NCBI RefSeq assembly: GCF_001194135.2
Contig: NC_068983.1
Span: 60,502,936-60,566,935, forward strand
Direction: 5' to 3'
Length of the DNA stretch: 64,000 nt
Source of the DNA: Octopus bimaculoides
Taxonomy: Eukaryota
In this document: one piece after another, positions 1 through 10,935 of the stretch
Layout: the number at the start of each line of letters is the position of its first letter
Numbering within the stretch: position 1 is the first letter of the stretch
Program-made: the position numbers and the translations under genes
The notes under the pieces: generated by a model
The model's input: the letters and a program-made list of their open reading frames with translations, nothing else
What the model was told of the DNA's origin: nothing
Database searches by the model: none

Positions 1-919
1 CTATGCTATGTATTGCACTTCATATACACGTCATACAATTTGTCCCTCACTTGTTGAAAGAATCCCATTTTTGCCACCAGAGCTCCATCAATCCCTTCCG
101 CCTCATTTTTACTCTGGCTTCTCTTCCTTAACAGATGTTTCCACTACAGATAATGTCACTGAGAGAAATCGGGTTTCAGGACAACTTTAATTGGGTTTAT
201 TTCCCTGAAATAATGAAGCAATACTGAAATATGTTTATGGCCCTTCAAAGTTTTTTGCTTCTGAAAGTCTGTTCCAAGTACTTAGAAGAGTATTTCACTC
301 ACTTTCAAAACTAATTTTCACACAAATTGCTTTCGCTATCACAGGTGTATTTAAATACACTGCTTTTCTTTCATTTAATTTAAAAGTTAATGAAATATTT
401 AATACAATACCTTTGCCATTATTAAACTGGTATTTTGGAACATGGAAGGTTTTAATTTAAATCACTTCAAAATAGGAAGTTTGTATCATAGAACCAGGAG
501 CAGTCTTGGACAGGTTGATATCACAGCAGTTAAATAGGTGAACTATTTCTGCTTGCCAATTCATTACTTAATGGTATTTTGTCTTGTACAGCCAATTTTA
601 ACCATATTTTTATGAGGAAAGTATTTAACTCTTTTTGTTAGTCTATTTCTGTTGAAATAGACTAACTTTGTTTCAAGAAGAATTTAGTAACATGCTATTG
701 TCATTATTGAGCTGATGTTTAAATTATAAATTAATATGAAATTTTGATTAAAGGTTTTAATTTAAATCACTTTAAAATAGGAAGTTTGTATCTTAGGATC
801 AGAGGCAGTCTTGGGCAGGTTGCTCTCAAAAGACTCAAATGGCTAATTTCTAATCTCAATTATTATTTCTCCTACTGACATTACTTTCACAATTTCACAT
901 TCTCTGTTTATTTTTGTAG

Positions 920-1001
920 ACTCCTTACTCATCCTTCACTCAACAACACACATCTCCAGCTGTATCGCGGCCTATCTCTGAACCTGAAATGATGCAAATT
1001 G
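920..1001 (+). CDS. NUP35: NUP35 exon ([28 protein letters not shown])
   Basis: tttgtag acceptor, gtgaga donor, phase 1 matches the next exon; low-complexity region, so homology is weak. Confidence 0.7.
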
Positions 1002-4000
1002 GTGAGAGCAAATTTAATTTTTCACAATTCACCCATGGAAGGATTGGTTGGTCTGGGTTATAACTGAAAAAAAAAACACTTCCTTGAATTGTCATGCAAT
1101 GGGACTGAACTTGAAACCATTTGGTTGCTGAACAAACTTTTCACCCACACAGCCAGTGTGTGTGTGTAGTCAATACTAATGCCTAATATAAAGTGGTGAG
1201 CTGGCAAAATCCTTGGCACGCTGGACAGAATGCTTTGATGAAATAAATACCATTGTATACCGGGGACAATGTAATTGGCTTGACCCCTCCCCCAAAATGT
1301 CAGGCCTTGTGCTTATAGTAGAAAGGATGCTCAGCCTTTTAAAGGTTCCAGTGTATCACATCACATTATTAAATCTTATTCAGTTTATGAAGGCAATGAA
1401 TAGATTCTCAGCGAATAATAAAACCAAACAGTTGTTAATAGAAATTAAATCAGCTGAGCCTGGTTTTGTGTGAAGGCTGCATGGAACTGCATAACCCAAA
1501 AATATGATCATTATAAACAGCGCTGGCTTAACTGCTAAGCATTATAAGCATGTGCTTAAAGCATCAAGGGAAGAGAGGACACCACAGAAAGTGGTTTGTG
1601 GCACAAAAGAAACCACTTTAAAGTTGCTAGAATAATATTCAGGATGCCTTTATCTCTATTAAGTATAGAAGCAGATGTGTTACGCAAAAGTAATTTTGAG
1701 GATCTGATCAAAGACTTTGCAATTAAAAAAGAATAGAAAACTTTTCAAATTTTGAATTAGATTTATATGTGGGGGCAGCAAAATCTTTTAAGTGCTTGGG
1801 GCCTTTATGGGTCTTAATCAGGTCCTGATTATAAGACATAAAATGATTGTTTTGCTTTTATATTTCCAGGTGGATCATCACCATTATCGAATACAAGCCC
1901 ACTAAATGTCTCTAATATTAATCAAAGTTTCCAGCAAGTCTCCAAAATACACACATCTCCAACACAAATGGATCCTTTTTATACTCAAGGGTATGTATAT
2001 AATTTCTACATACATGTTGAGGGGGTCTTGTCCTGCAGATACCTAGTGACTTCACTAATGCTGGTGCCATGGATAAAAGCACCAAGTACACTCTGTGAAG
2101 TAGCTGGTATGAAAAAAGACATCCAACATAGAAACCATGCCAAAAAAACAAACATTGGGGTTCAGTGCAGGCCTCTGGCGCATCGGTTCCTGTCAAACTG
2201 TCCAACCCATGCTAGCATGGAAAGAGGGCTGTAGTAGAAGAAACTTGTCCAGAGCCATGTTGTTGAGAAGCAGGCTTCTTACCACACAGCTACATCTGAA
2301 GTTTCTATTGAAAAGACTTTGGATTTGTGTCTTGGATAAAATTCTTAATTCTTTTGCTAATAAAGTCAAAAATTGTAACTTTTCGATTCTTAACTAATAA
2401 AATTCTTCTTTTTTTTTTTTTTTTTTTTTTTTTTTGCAGAGAATCTTTATTGGTTACTGACCAACTTGATGAAACTTGGGTTACTATTTTCGGGTAAGTT
2501 TCTCTTTTGATATCTTGCCTTTGTCTTGGAATAGTTTTTGTCTACATTTTTGCACATTACTTATTGATGAAGAAACCAACAAGGGAGCTTCTACATCAGG
2601 GATTTTAAATCTTTTTTTTGTTTTTTGTCCCACACCCAACTTCAATTTTAACCCCTAAAAAACATGCACCTCCACCATGAACAAAAGTACACACACACAC
2701 ACACACAAATTATGCAGTAGATGTACAAACGGGATAAACTTACCTATTTCTCCATTGATTGAAAAAATGTCAGACACCCTTAATTGATTTTCAAACTTTG
2801 TGTTCTCGTCAGGTGTTGACATCACTTTACCAGTTCCACAGAAACAACCAGCCAATCTGTTTATATGCACACACACACACACACACACACATATATGCTT
2901 GTTTAGAGCAAATGCCACTCAATGCACTCGTAAAAGCTCCTGTTTCTTGTCAGTTGCCATCTGTTATTCCTATCTTCCAGAGTAATCCCATGAAACAGTT
3001 ATACATGCAGAATTCCTTACAACTTGGGATAAATATAGTAATAACAAAAATGACTTCTGGGTGGAAACTTTTGTACTTTATTAATGTGTTGCAACATATG
3101 TTTCTGCATACCACATATTCATTTGTGAGGATATTCTCACACCCAAAGGATATTATTAGACATTATTTACAATATCTATAAATCTTGAGCATACCCATGG
3201 AATAGAGGCATGCTCAAGATTCATAGATATTATAAATATTTAATAATATCCTATGGATGTAAGAATATCCTCACAAATGGATATGTAGTATACAGAAACC
3301 TATTGCAATAAAATACAAAAATGTCCTTCCACGAGTCATTTTCACTATTACTATATATGTATCATCATCATTTAATGTCTACTTTCCATGCTAACATAGG
3401 TGGGACGTGTGTACGTATATATAAAATAAATGATAATGGGTTATGGGTTCATTCTGAAATGGATTCAGCTGTGAAGAACAGACTCACATTTAAAAATGAT
3501 TTCAGTTTGGTTATTTAGAATTAATTTAGAATTTTCATTTTCTCCGCAGTTTCAATTCAGCTGCTGCATCTTATATCCTTGACCAGTTCTCACAATATGG
3601 AAACATTTTACAACATGTGGTATGTACTCCATCCTTTCTTTCTCTGTCAGTTCGTGTGTGAGGGGGATATTTTGGAAATAAAAATAACCCTGGGATAATT
3701 TCAATATAGAGGGGCAAGCATGGCTGTTTTAAAATGTTTACAACTTCACAGCTATTTCAGTTTTTAGTTTTGTCCTACAGTGTGGCTCTTTTTGCTAAGT
3801 GTCTTCTGTTATAACTCTGGACTAACCAAAGTCTTGTGAGTGGATTTGATAAAAGAAACCCATCATATATATATAAAATATAATGTGGGTGTATGTTTGT
3901 CTCATTGTGTTGATGCCACACATGCTATGATAGTTATGAGCAAATGTTGCTATCGAACTTTCCATGGAAGGCCTGTCCAGCCATGGAGAAATATTACCTT

Positions 4001-7000
4001 GCTAGTAACAGAAAGGGCATCTGGCTATAGAAAATCTGCCTTAGTGAATTCTGTCTGATCTGTGCAGGAATGGGAAAATGGATGTTAAACAAATAATAGT
4101 GTTTTGACATTGTTTAAAAACTTAATATAAAACAATGTCACAACTTAAGCCATGATGTTGTTTGTGCTCAATGCACTCGTAAAAGCTCCTGTCAGGTCAT
4201 TCAGAAGTTTATTACATGAAAGACCAGGGAGATAAATACATGGTAATCACCATTTAATGTCCACTTTTCCTTGTCTGCATGGGCGAGATGGAATTTAACG
4301 AGGCAGGTTAGCAATAGGAAGGGCATCCAGCTGTACAAGATATTGCCTCAACAAAGTGGACATTAAATGACCATACTTACTTGCTCAGCGATGATGGGAT
4401 TCCAGATGAGATAAATGTGTATGGCAAGCCTCTCCTCATATCCCATTGTCACTCTTTGTTTTGTCTCTGCTGGCAGGGGAAGACGATACCTGACAGGTGG
4501 CAACACTCCAATACTGTCACAGTCTACAAGCACAAGGGAGACCATGCAGAGGAATTTCTCATCTGGATAACACCATAAAGATCCTCTCTTGTATTCCTCT
4601 CAGTTTTGTTGTCAACTTGGTTATGCCTTAAGTCCCTGTGTGGATTTTGACCAGAAAGAAGTATTTCTCACCTGATATTTATGGCCCATCTTGAAAAATG
4701 TCTTGAACTGCTGAGAGACATATGTTACACCTTCATCAATTTAACGAAGACATTTGACACAGTCAACCATCCTATGTTGTGGTGCTTGCTTCAGAAGTTT
4801 GTCTGTCCACCACCATTTCTCTCAAAATAACTATGTTGATGAGGATGATAACTGTACAGAATATGTGTCGGGTAATTAAAGATTGGTGTTGATTATTTTA
4901 TGTTTTGATAATGAATTTGGTCAGAAAGTTCTTCTAACAATTTCAGCATAGAGAATCTGTAATGTTATTGAAGTGGAGAAAAGATATGTTCTTTAGCAGC
5001 TGCTATTTTAGTTAGTATCTTCCCCCATTACCGTTTATTTCTAAATTTATATCTTTATTTTTTTTTTTTTTTTTTTTTTTTTGCAGATATCTTCAGATGG
5101 CAATTGGATGCATATACAATATCAATCCAAATTACAAGCTAAAAAGGCTCTCAGCAAGAATGGCAAAATATTTGGTGATAGTATTATGTTGGGAGTTACA
5201 CCTTGTATTGATAAGGTAACCCCCCTTCTCTTACTTAGCTATCTTCGTTTTAAAACCAGGGTGTTACTTGTCACATGATGGGTCAATTAGGAAGTATGCT
5301 TTTACCACCATAGATTATATCAAGAAATATGGCAAACATACAATGATTATAATTTAACTTTGTTTTTGTATTTGGTTTGTAAGATTCTCGATTTAAATTT
5401 GTAGCCCTAGAGGTGAGAGGTCTTTCATTAACAAACCAACCAATCAAGCAGCACATTAAACAAATGATTGATTAGTTAGTTTGTTAGATTAACTAACAAT
5501 AAAGAAGTGATATGGAACCAGTGCATGTGTTACTATTGGTGAAATGACCTTCTCAAGACACAAGATATGATTTCATTATTATCTGATTTTGTGATGTTTA
5601 TACAAAATAATGATGAAATGAATACTAATTTAGAAAGGAAAACATTACCTTAAGATAAAATTAAATAAAAATTTCTCATTTGTATAACTGTCATTTACTC
5701 TGATTCACCCTTCTCCTCCTCCTCCTCTGTGAGTCTTTCTTTCTTGTGTGTTGTGTCCTTCACTCTGCCTACCAGGGCTGTGGAGTCGAAACGAAAAACT
5801 TCGATTCTGACCCCGACTCCCCTTTATGTAATTAAGTGATTGTGGTCTACATATCTCATAAAGCATAAGCATACGTTTGTACTTTGAGTAGGCCTATACG
5901 CTATAACTGGTTTATATTAAGGAATAAAGATATTGTGAGTCGGAATCAAGAGTCGGTATAATTTCACCAACTCCGACTGCAGCTACCCTTTAATTGTTTC
6001 CGACTCCATGACTTCAACTCCGATGCCACAGCCCTGCTGCCTGCTACCAGGCTTATGTATGAGATGAAGACAGGAGAATAGGAATCTCATTTGAATGATT
6101 CATTGGTTAGGCAGAAGAAAAGATCTCAAGTTGTTAAAACAGAACCAAAAAAATTTCAGATTTGCAAAATCATCTCTCTTGAAGCAGAATGGCAATTCTT
6201 TTAATGTAGTTGGTTTTGCAGTAATTATTTTCTAATTATTTATTTTATTTTGTTCACAGAATCTTATGGAATCTAACAAAGAAAATATACATATCCATAG
6301 CATTCTATCAGCACCATCCAATGTCTACCATTCCACACCAATGTCTTCCAAGATCCAAAGCCATTCTCTATTACCCAATGTAACTGGAACCCCTAACTCT
6401 CTCTCAACAGGTGTAAGACCAATTAATACACCAAAGTCTTTGCAAAAAAGACCATTGAATGAAAGCGAGGTAACTTTCTTCTCCATTCTAAATTTGTTTT
6501 ATTTCAAGCAGAGATTCTCGGCCTTTTTTATATTCAGTTGGAACCTCATAAACCATTCAATGCTTAAAAAATCCTGTAATATTTTCAGAACTAAATATTT
6601 ATTAGGAATTGTATAAAAAGATTAAAATGTTTTGTGTATTGCAGAAATAGAAGCAAATTATTGCACATAAATGTCAACAAAAAAAATCTTATATTGACCT
6701 CAAACGGGTCGTATGGGTCCTGATAGAGAACCGCTGGTTCAAGGTAATACTTCACTTCACTGGATTTACTTTCCAACCATGTAGTTTTGAGTTCAGTCCC
6801 ATGACTTGGCACTTTGAGCAAATGTCTTCTTTAGTCTAAAGCAGTGTTTCTCAACTATTTTACCCTTGCGTAACACTTAAAATATATTATGTCTCAAGGA
6901 ACCTCTGCACAAAAACAAAAATTATATACCATATCTTTCTCATATTTTTCCATTGTAGTTCATGTAGTAAATATTATACGTGTGTGTGTGTGTGTATATA

Positions 7001-8381
7001 TATATATAATCATCATCATCATCGTTTAACGTCCGCTTTCCATGCTAGCATGGTTTGGATATATATATATTATATCATCATCACTTAACATCTGTTTTCC
7101 ATGCTGACATGGGTTGGGCTGTTTGACTGAGGTCTGGAGAGCCAGCGGCTGTGCCAGGCCCCAATCTGATCTGGCAGTGTTTCTACAGCTGGATGCCCTT
7201 CCTAATGCCATCCACTCTGAGGATGTAGTGGGTGCTTTTTACATGCCATTGGCACAGGAGCCAGTCAGGCAGACCTGGCACCCATCACATTTGATTAGTG
7301 TTTTTTATGTGCCACCGGCACGGGAGCCAGTCAGGGGGTTCTGACATTGATCACATTCAGATAGTGCTTTTTACGTGCCACTGACACAGGAGCCAGTTGG
7401 GGCACTCGCATCTGCCACATTTGGATGGTGCTTTTTACATGCCACTGGGGCCAGACAAGTGGTCCTGGCATCAACCAAGTTTGGATGTTGTTTTTTACAT
7501 GCCACCACCATGGGAGCCAATCAGGGGACATTGGCATTGGCCACATTCGGATGATGCATTTTATGTTCCACTAGCACGGGAGCCAGTCAGTGGGCACTGG
7601 CCACAGCTACAATTTTGGTTTTACTTGACTCAACAGGTCTTCTCAAGCATATCATATTGCCTGATGCATCAGGGTTACTCTTAAATGGGCCGGACATGCA
7701 ACACTGGCATCAGCCATGGCTGCGATCTCACTTTAGTTGCTGGGTCTTCTCAATCACAGCATATCTCCAAAGGTCTCAGTTTCCTGTCATTGCCTCCATG
7801 AGGCCCAGTGTTCGAAGGTCATGCTTCATCACCTCATCCCAAGTCTTCCTGGGTCTACCTCTTCCATAGATTCCTTCCACAGTTAGGGAGTGGCACTTCC
7901 TCATGCAGCTGTCCTCATCCATATGTAACACATGACCAAACCAGTGCAGTCGTTTCTCTTGCACACCACATTTGACATTTCTTATGTTGAAGTTTTCTCT
8001 CCTGGGTGCTTACACTCTGCCGTGTATGCACACTGACATTACACATCCAGTGGATCATACTAGCTTCATTTCTTTCAAGCCTACACATGGCCCATGTTTC
8101 ACTGCCATGTTCGCACACGTTTCATACAGTCTACTTTTCACCCTGAGCGAGAGGCCCTTCATTGCCAGCAGAGGTAGGAATTTCCTGTACTTTGCCCAGG
8201 CTATTCTTATGGAAAAGTGGGGTTAAAGATGATTGATTTAATTTTTTTTTTTTTAATTTGTTTGCTGAAATCTCCATGATTTTTTTTTTTCCTTTCTGTT
8301 TAGGTGTTCCAGACAGCACGGACTCCACAGAAAAGCAATGATTTTTTCTCTAAAGCCATGGAATATGTTTTTGGCTGGTAG
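920..8381 (+). CDS. NUP35: Nucleoporin NUP35/NUP53, 5'-partial, 7 coding exons (247 aa in window)
   Basis: Exons 920-1001, 1870-1990, 2440-2493, 3550-3619, 5087-5215, 6260-6469 and 8304-8381 join in phase with GT-AG sites. Peptides [79 protein letters not shown] (MPPN/RRM-like domain) and the C-terminus [11 protein letters not shown] match the NUP35 family. Confidence 0.96.
1518..1827 (+). mobile_element. Non-autonomous hAT element retaining the transposase C-terminal (dimerisation) end
   Basis: TIR-like ends cagcgctggcttaa / ttaatcaggtcctg; 8-bp flanks attataaa / attataag; internal frame [27 protein letters not shown]. Confidence 0.75.
1870..1990 (+). CDS. NUP35: NUP35 exon (GSSPL...[12 protein letters not shown])
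   Basis: ttccag / gtatgt; conserved DPFYTQG motif. Confidence 0.93.
2440..2493 (+). CDS. NUP35: NUP35 exon ([18 protein letters not shown])
   Basis: poly-T gcag / gtaagt; conserved WVTxFG. Confidence 0.95.
2766..2823 (-). ncRNA. Degenerate type I hammerhead-like motif
   Basis: GAUGUCAACAC-CUGACGA-GAAC(acaaa)GUUU-GAAA-aucaauuaagg-GUGUCUGACAUU; stem I about 11 bp; stem III and cleavage triplet are non-canonical. Confidence 0.4.
3089..3308. repeat. Foldback (MITE-like) inverted repeat, arms about 100 bp
   Basis: 3091-3192 is the reverse complement of 3210-3306 with scattered mismatches; about 17-nt loop. Confidence 0.85.
3550..3619 (+). CDS. NUP35: NUP35 exon ([23 protein letters not shown])
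   Basis: ccgcag / gtatgt; conserved ASYILxQFxQYGNIL. Confidence 0.95.
4385..4830 (+). mobile_element. Degenerate RTE/BovB-like LINE reverse transcriptase fragment
   Basis: Fragments [26 protein letters not shown] and [17 protein letters not shown], with frameshifts. Confidence 0.7.
5087..5215 (+). CDS. NUP35: NUP35 exon ([13 protein letters not shown]...GVTPCIDK)
   Basis: poly-T gcag / gtaacc; conserved GNWMHIxYQSKLQA. Confidence 0.96.
5773..6036. mobile_element. hAT-type MITE (CAGGGCTGTGGAGTCG ends)
   Basis: TIR cagggctgtgg / ccacagccctg; TSD ctgcctac / ctgcctgc; homologous to 54776-55025. Confidence 0.85.
6260..6469 (+). CDS. NUP35: NUP35 exon (NLMESNKEN...KRPLNESE)
   Basis: tcacag / gtaact, phase 0-0, S/T/P-rich linker. 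Confidence 0.85.
7075..8125 (-). mobile_element. RTE LINE 3' end: ORF2 C-terminus plus 3' UTR with ~60-bp tandem units and (GAT)n tail
   Basis: HGSETW...RLERNEASM...[21 protein letters not shown]...[12 protein letters not shown], stop at 7728-7730, then repeated units gtggcacgtaaaaagcacc and a gatgatgat tail. Confidence 0.9.
8304..8381 (+). CDS. NUP35: NUP35 last coding exon ([25 protein letters not shown])
   Basis: poly-pyrimidine ttag acceptor; conserved C-terminal amphipathic helix SKAMEYxFGW; TAG at 8379-8381. Confidence 0.95.
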   Translation: MFQTARTPQKSNDFFSKAMEYVFGW

Positions 8382-8543
8382 ATTATATCAATATTTTAAG
8401 TCCGTATATCATTTTAGGATTAAAGAAGAAAAACTCCACAGAAAAGCAATGATTTTTCCTCTAAAGCCATGGAATATGTTTTTGGCTGGTAGATTATATC
8501 AATATTTTAAGTCCGTATATCATTTTAGGATTAAAGAAGAAAA
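8322..8543 (+). repeat. 111-bp tandem duplication covering the NUP35 stop codon
   Basis: 8322-8432 and 8433-8543 differ by one T/C substitution. Confidence 0.95.
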
Positions 8544-8737
8544 ATTCAAAAATGTTTAAACTAGGGGATTTAATGTTTATATATTTTTTGCATACAATTA
8601 ATCCATCTTCAAAAGTTTCTACTTTATTTTTGTATAGAAATGTTTTTATTCTACCAAATCACCTTTCTACAATGCTGTCATTAATAATTAAATAACAAAT
8701 TAAAAGCAACTCTGGTAATGTAACCATTATCAGTCAC

Positions 8738-8874
8738 CTGTGGAATGGCATCCAGGTAAAGCTCCCCAACATTAAAGATCACCTGAATGTCACATCTCAC
8801 TTGGTCTGTGATATTCAAGTGTTCTTTAACCCTCAGCATTGTTTAGGGAGCTTTCCCCAGACGCTATTCCACAG
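8738..8874. other. Long imperfect hairpin downstream of the NUP35 stop (inner 58-nt pre-miRNA-sized stem-loop at 8772-8829)
   Basis: Inner stem pairs 21 of 23 positions with a 12-nt loop; outer helices aaagctccc/gggagcttt and ctgtggaat/attccacag. Confidence 0.7.
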
Positions 8875-8966
8875 AAAATTTGGTGTCTAAACAAAGCACA
8901 TACACTATGTATGTGTGACTGATAATACTATTGTTAATAACTTAGATATTAGATACTGCTCTGATG

Positions 8967-9086
8967 AGCCATTCATCAACACCTAGTTTCCTTAGCGACC
9001 ACCCAATGTGGTACCCTGCCCAATTGACAGTACCATCCACACGTAATCTGGTGGTGACTAAGGAAACTAGAGATTAACAAATGGCT
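8967..9086. other. Second imperfect hairpin downstream of NUP35
   Basis: ctagtttccttagcgaccacc pairs with ggtggtgactaaggaaactag (2 mismatches); outer agccatt/aatggct. Confidence 0.65.
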
Positions 9087-9338
9087 TTTGAGAGATAAAA
9101 AGAAAGGCAGAGAGCTGATGTTTAACAATTTCTACAAGTTAGATTCAATCGGTTTAGATAAAAAAATTTTTTTTTAATGCTGCATTTTGGATTTGGATTA
9201 GTTGTTGCTTTGGCATATCAATTTAATTACTCAATTATTAATCTTTATTACGAGAGATTTTAGCTTCTGTTTAATTTACATATATTTTAAGATCTGACGC
9301 TAACATTTTATACTTTGGTTGAAGTTTACTTTTCACTG

Positions 9339-9959
9339 NNNNNNNNNNNNNNNNNNNNNNNNNNNNNNNNNNNNNNNNNNNNNNNNNNNNNNNNNNNNNN
9401 NNNNNNNNNNNNNNNNNNNNNNNNNNNNNNNNNNNNNNNNNNNNNNNNNNNNNNNNNNNNNNNNNNNNNNNNNNNNNNNNNNNNNNNNNNNNNNNNNNNN
9501 NNNNNNNNNNNNNNNNNNNNNNNNNNNNNNNNNNNNNNNNNNNNNNNNNNNNNNNNNNNNNNNNNNNNNNNNNNNNNNNNNNNNNNNNNNNNNNNNNNNN
9601 NNNNNNNNNNNNNNNNNNNNNNNNNNNNNNNNNNNNNNNNNNNNNNNNNNNNNNNNNNNNNNNNNNNNNNNNNNNNNNNNNNNNNNNNNNNNNNNNNNNN
9701 NNNNNNNNNNNNNNNNNNNNNNNNNNNNNNNNNNNNNNNNNNNNNNNNNNNNNNNNNNNNNNNNNNNNNNNNNNNNNNNNNNNNNNNNNNNNNNNNNNNN
9801 NNNNNNNNNNNNNNNNNNNNNNNNNNNNNNNNNNNNNNNNNNNNNNNNNNNNNNNNNNNNNNNNNNNNNNNNNNNNNNNNNNNNNNNNNNNNNNNNNNNN
9901 NNNNNNNNNNNNNNNNNNNNNNNNNNNNNNNNNNNNNNNNNNNNNNNNNNNNNNNNNNN
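9339..9959. other. Assembly gap (N); further gaps at 35659-35668, 52007-52016 and 56793-57076
   Basis: runs of n. Confidence 1.
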
Positions 9960-10609
9960 ATTTTATTAAACCTTTAGCATTCAAACTAAAAATAATCACA
10001 TTGAAATCTCAAATTTATGGGATAATGCAAGATTAATTCAAAGGAATGTGAATAAATAAGCTTTAATTATGACAGTAATCTGAATAAGTACTAAAGAGAT
10101 GAATTTATTATTTTCAAATTTAATTGAAAAAGAGGCAGAGTATTTTAACAGAAATTTCGTAACAAAAGGGTTAAACTTCGTTTTAATCCTAAAATTTCCT
10201 GCATGGCATAAATATGTGATATATATGAAATATGGTTGTGTGTGTGCACACATGGGAAAGGATTTAACTGTGATGATGTAAGATGGAGTCTGGGTCTTAA
10301 AATTGTCAATGCCACATGGAAGTTTTATACATCTGTAATTTGTATCCTGTAAAAGATTGAGTTTGAATCACAATTAAAATTTTACAGCTTTTTTTTTTCT
10401 TTTCTTTGTGTTACATGAATGAAATTTGTTTTGTTTTTTTTTCCAGAGGAATATTTGTAAAACTTAAAACTGGCCAAGTGTCTTCTCTATAATAAGACAA
10501 AATATCTTTGTCCCTCTATCATTCTCTTGCCTCGTAAAGGTGTGTGGCTATTGATGGATGCTAAACACCAAACAGTGAGGTACACAGCTTCAGATGTTTA
10601 CATTGTGTG

Positions 10610-10935
10610 AAGATGCATGGCTTTGTGGTTAGGGGTACTTATCTCGTGATCATAAGGTCATGAGTTTGATTCCCAGCAGTACATTGTGCCCTTGAGCAAG
10701 ACACTTCATTTTCACATTGCTCCAGTCCACTCAGCTGGCAACAAAAGAGGTATGCCTATATTTCAAACGGCCAGCCTTGTCACATTGTATGTCCCACTGA
10801 ATCTCCCTGAGAAATACGTTCTAAGGCTATGCATATCTGTGGAGTGCTCAGCCACTTGCACGTTAATTTCATGAACAGGCTGTTGTGTTTGATTGGATCA
10901 ACTGGAACCCTCATCGTCATAACCGATGGAGTGTC
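10610..10935 (+). mobile_element. tRNA-derived SINE (same family as 23110-23496; other copies near 21715-22030 and 45740-46010)
   Basis: Shared body ...gtggagtgctcagccacttgcacgttaatttc...ggatcaactggaaccctc. Confidence 0.75.

Noticed and set aside
8-190. 60-aa ORF as an upstream NUP35 exon
   Set aside because: No recognisable NUP35 motif and no convincing phase-0 donor.
2918-4192. Exact 26-bp direct repeat at 2918-2943 and 4167-4192 flanking a NUP35 exon
   Set aside because: Real but uninterpretable; probably fragments of a dispersed repeat, with no matching flanks.
8961-9095. Hammerhead using CTGATGA at 8961 with the hairpin as stem II
   Set aside because: No GAAA after the stem.
9271-9999. 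Long ORFs across N runs (also 56653-57204)
   Set aside because: Artefacts of assembly gaps.
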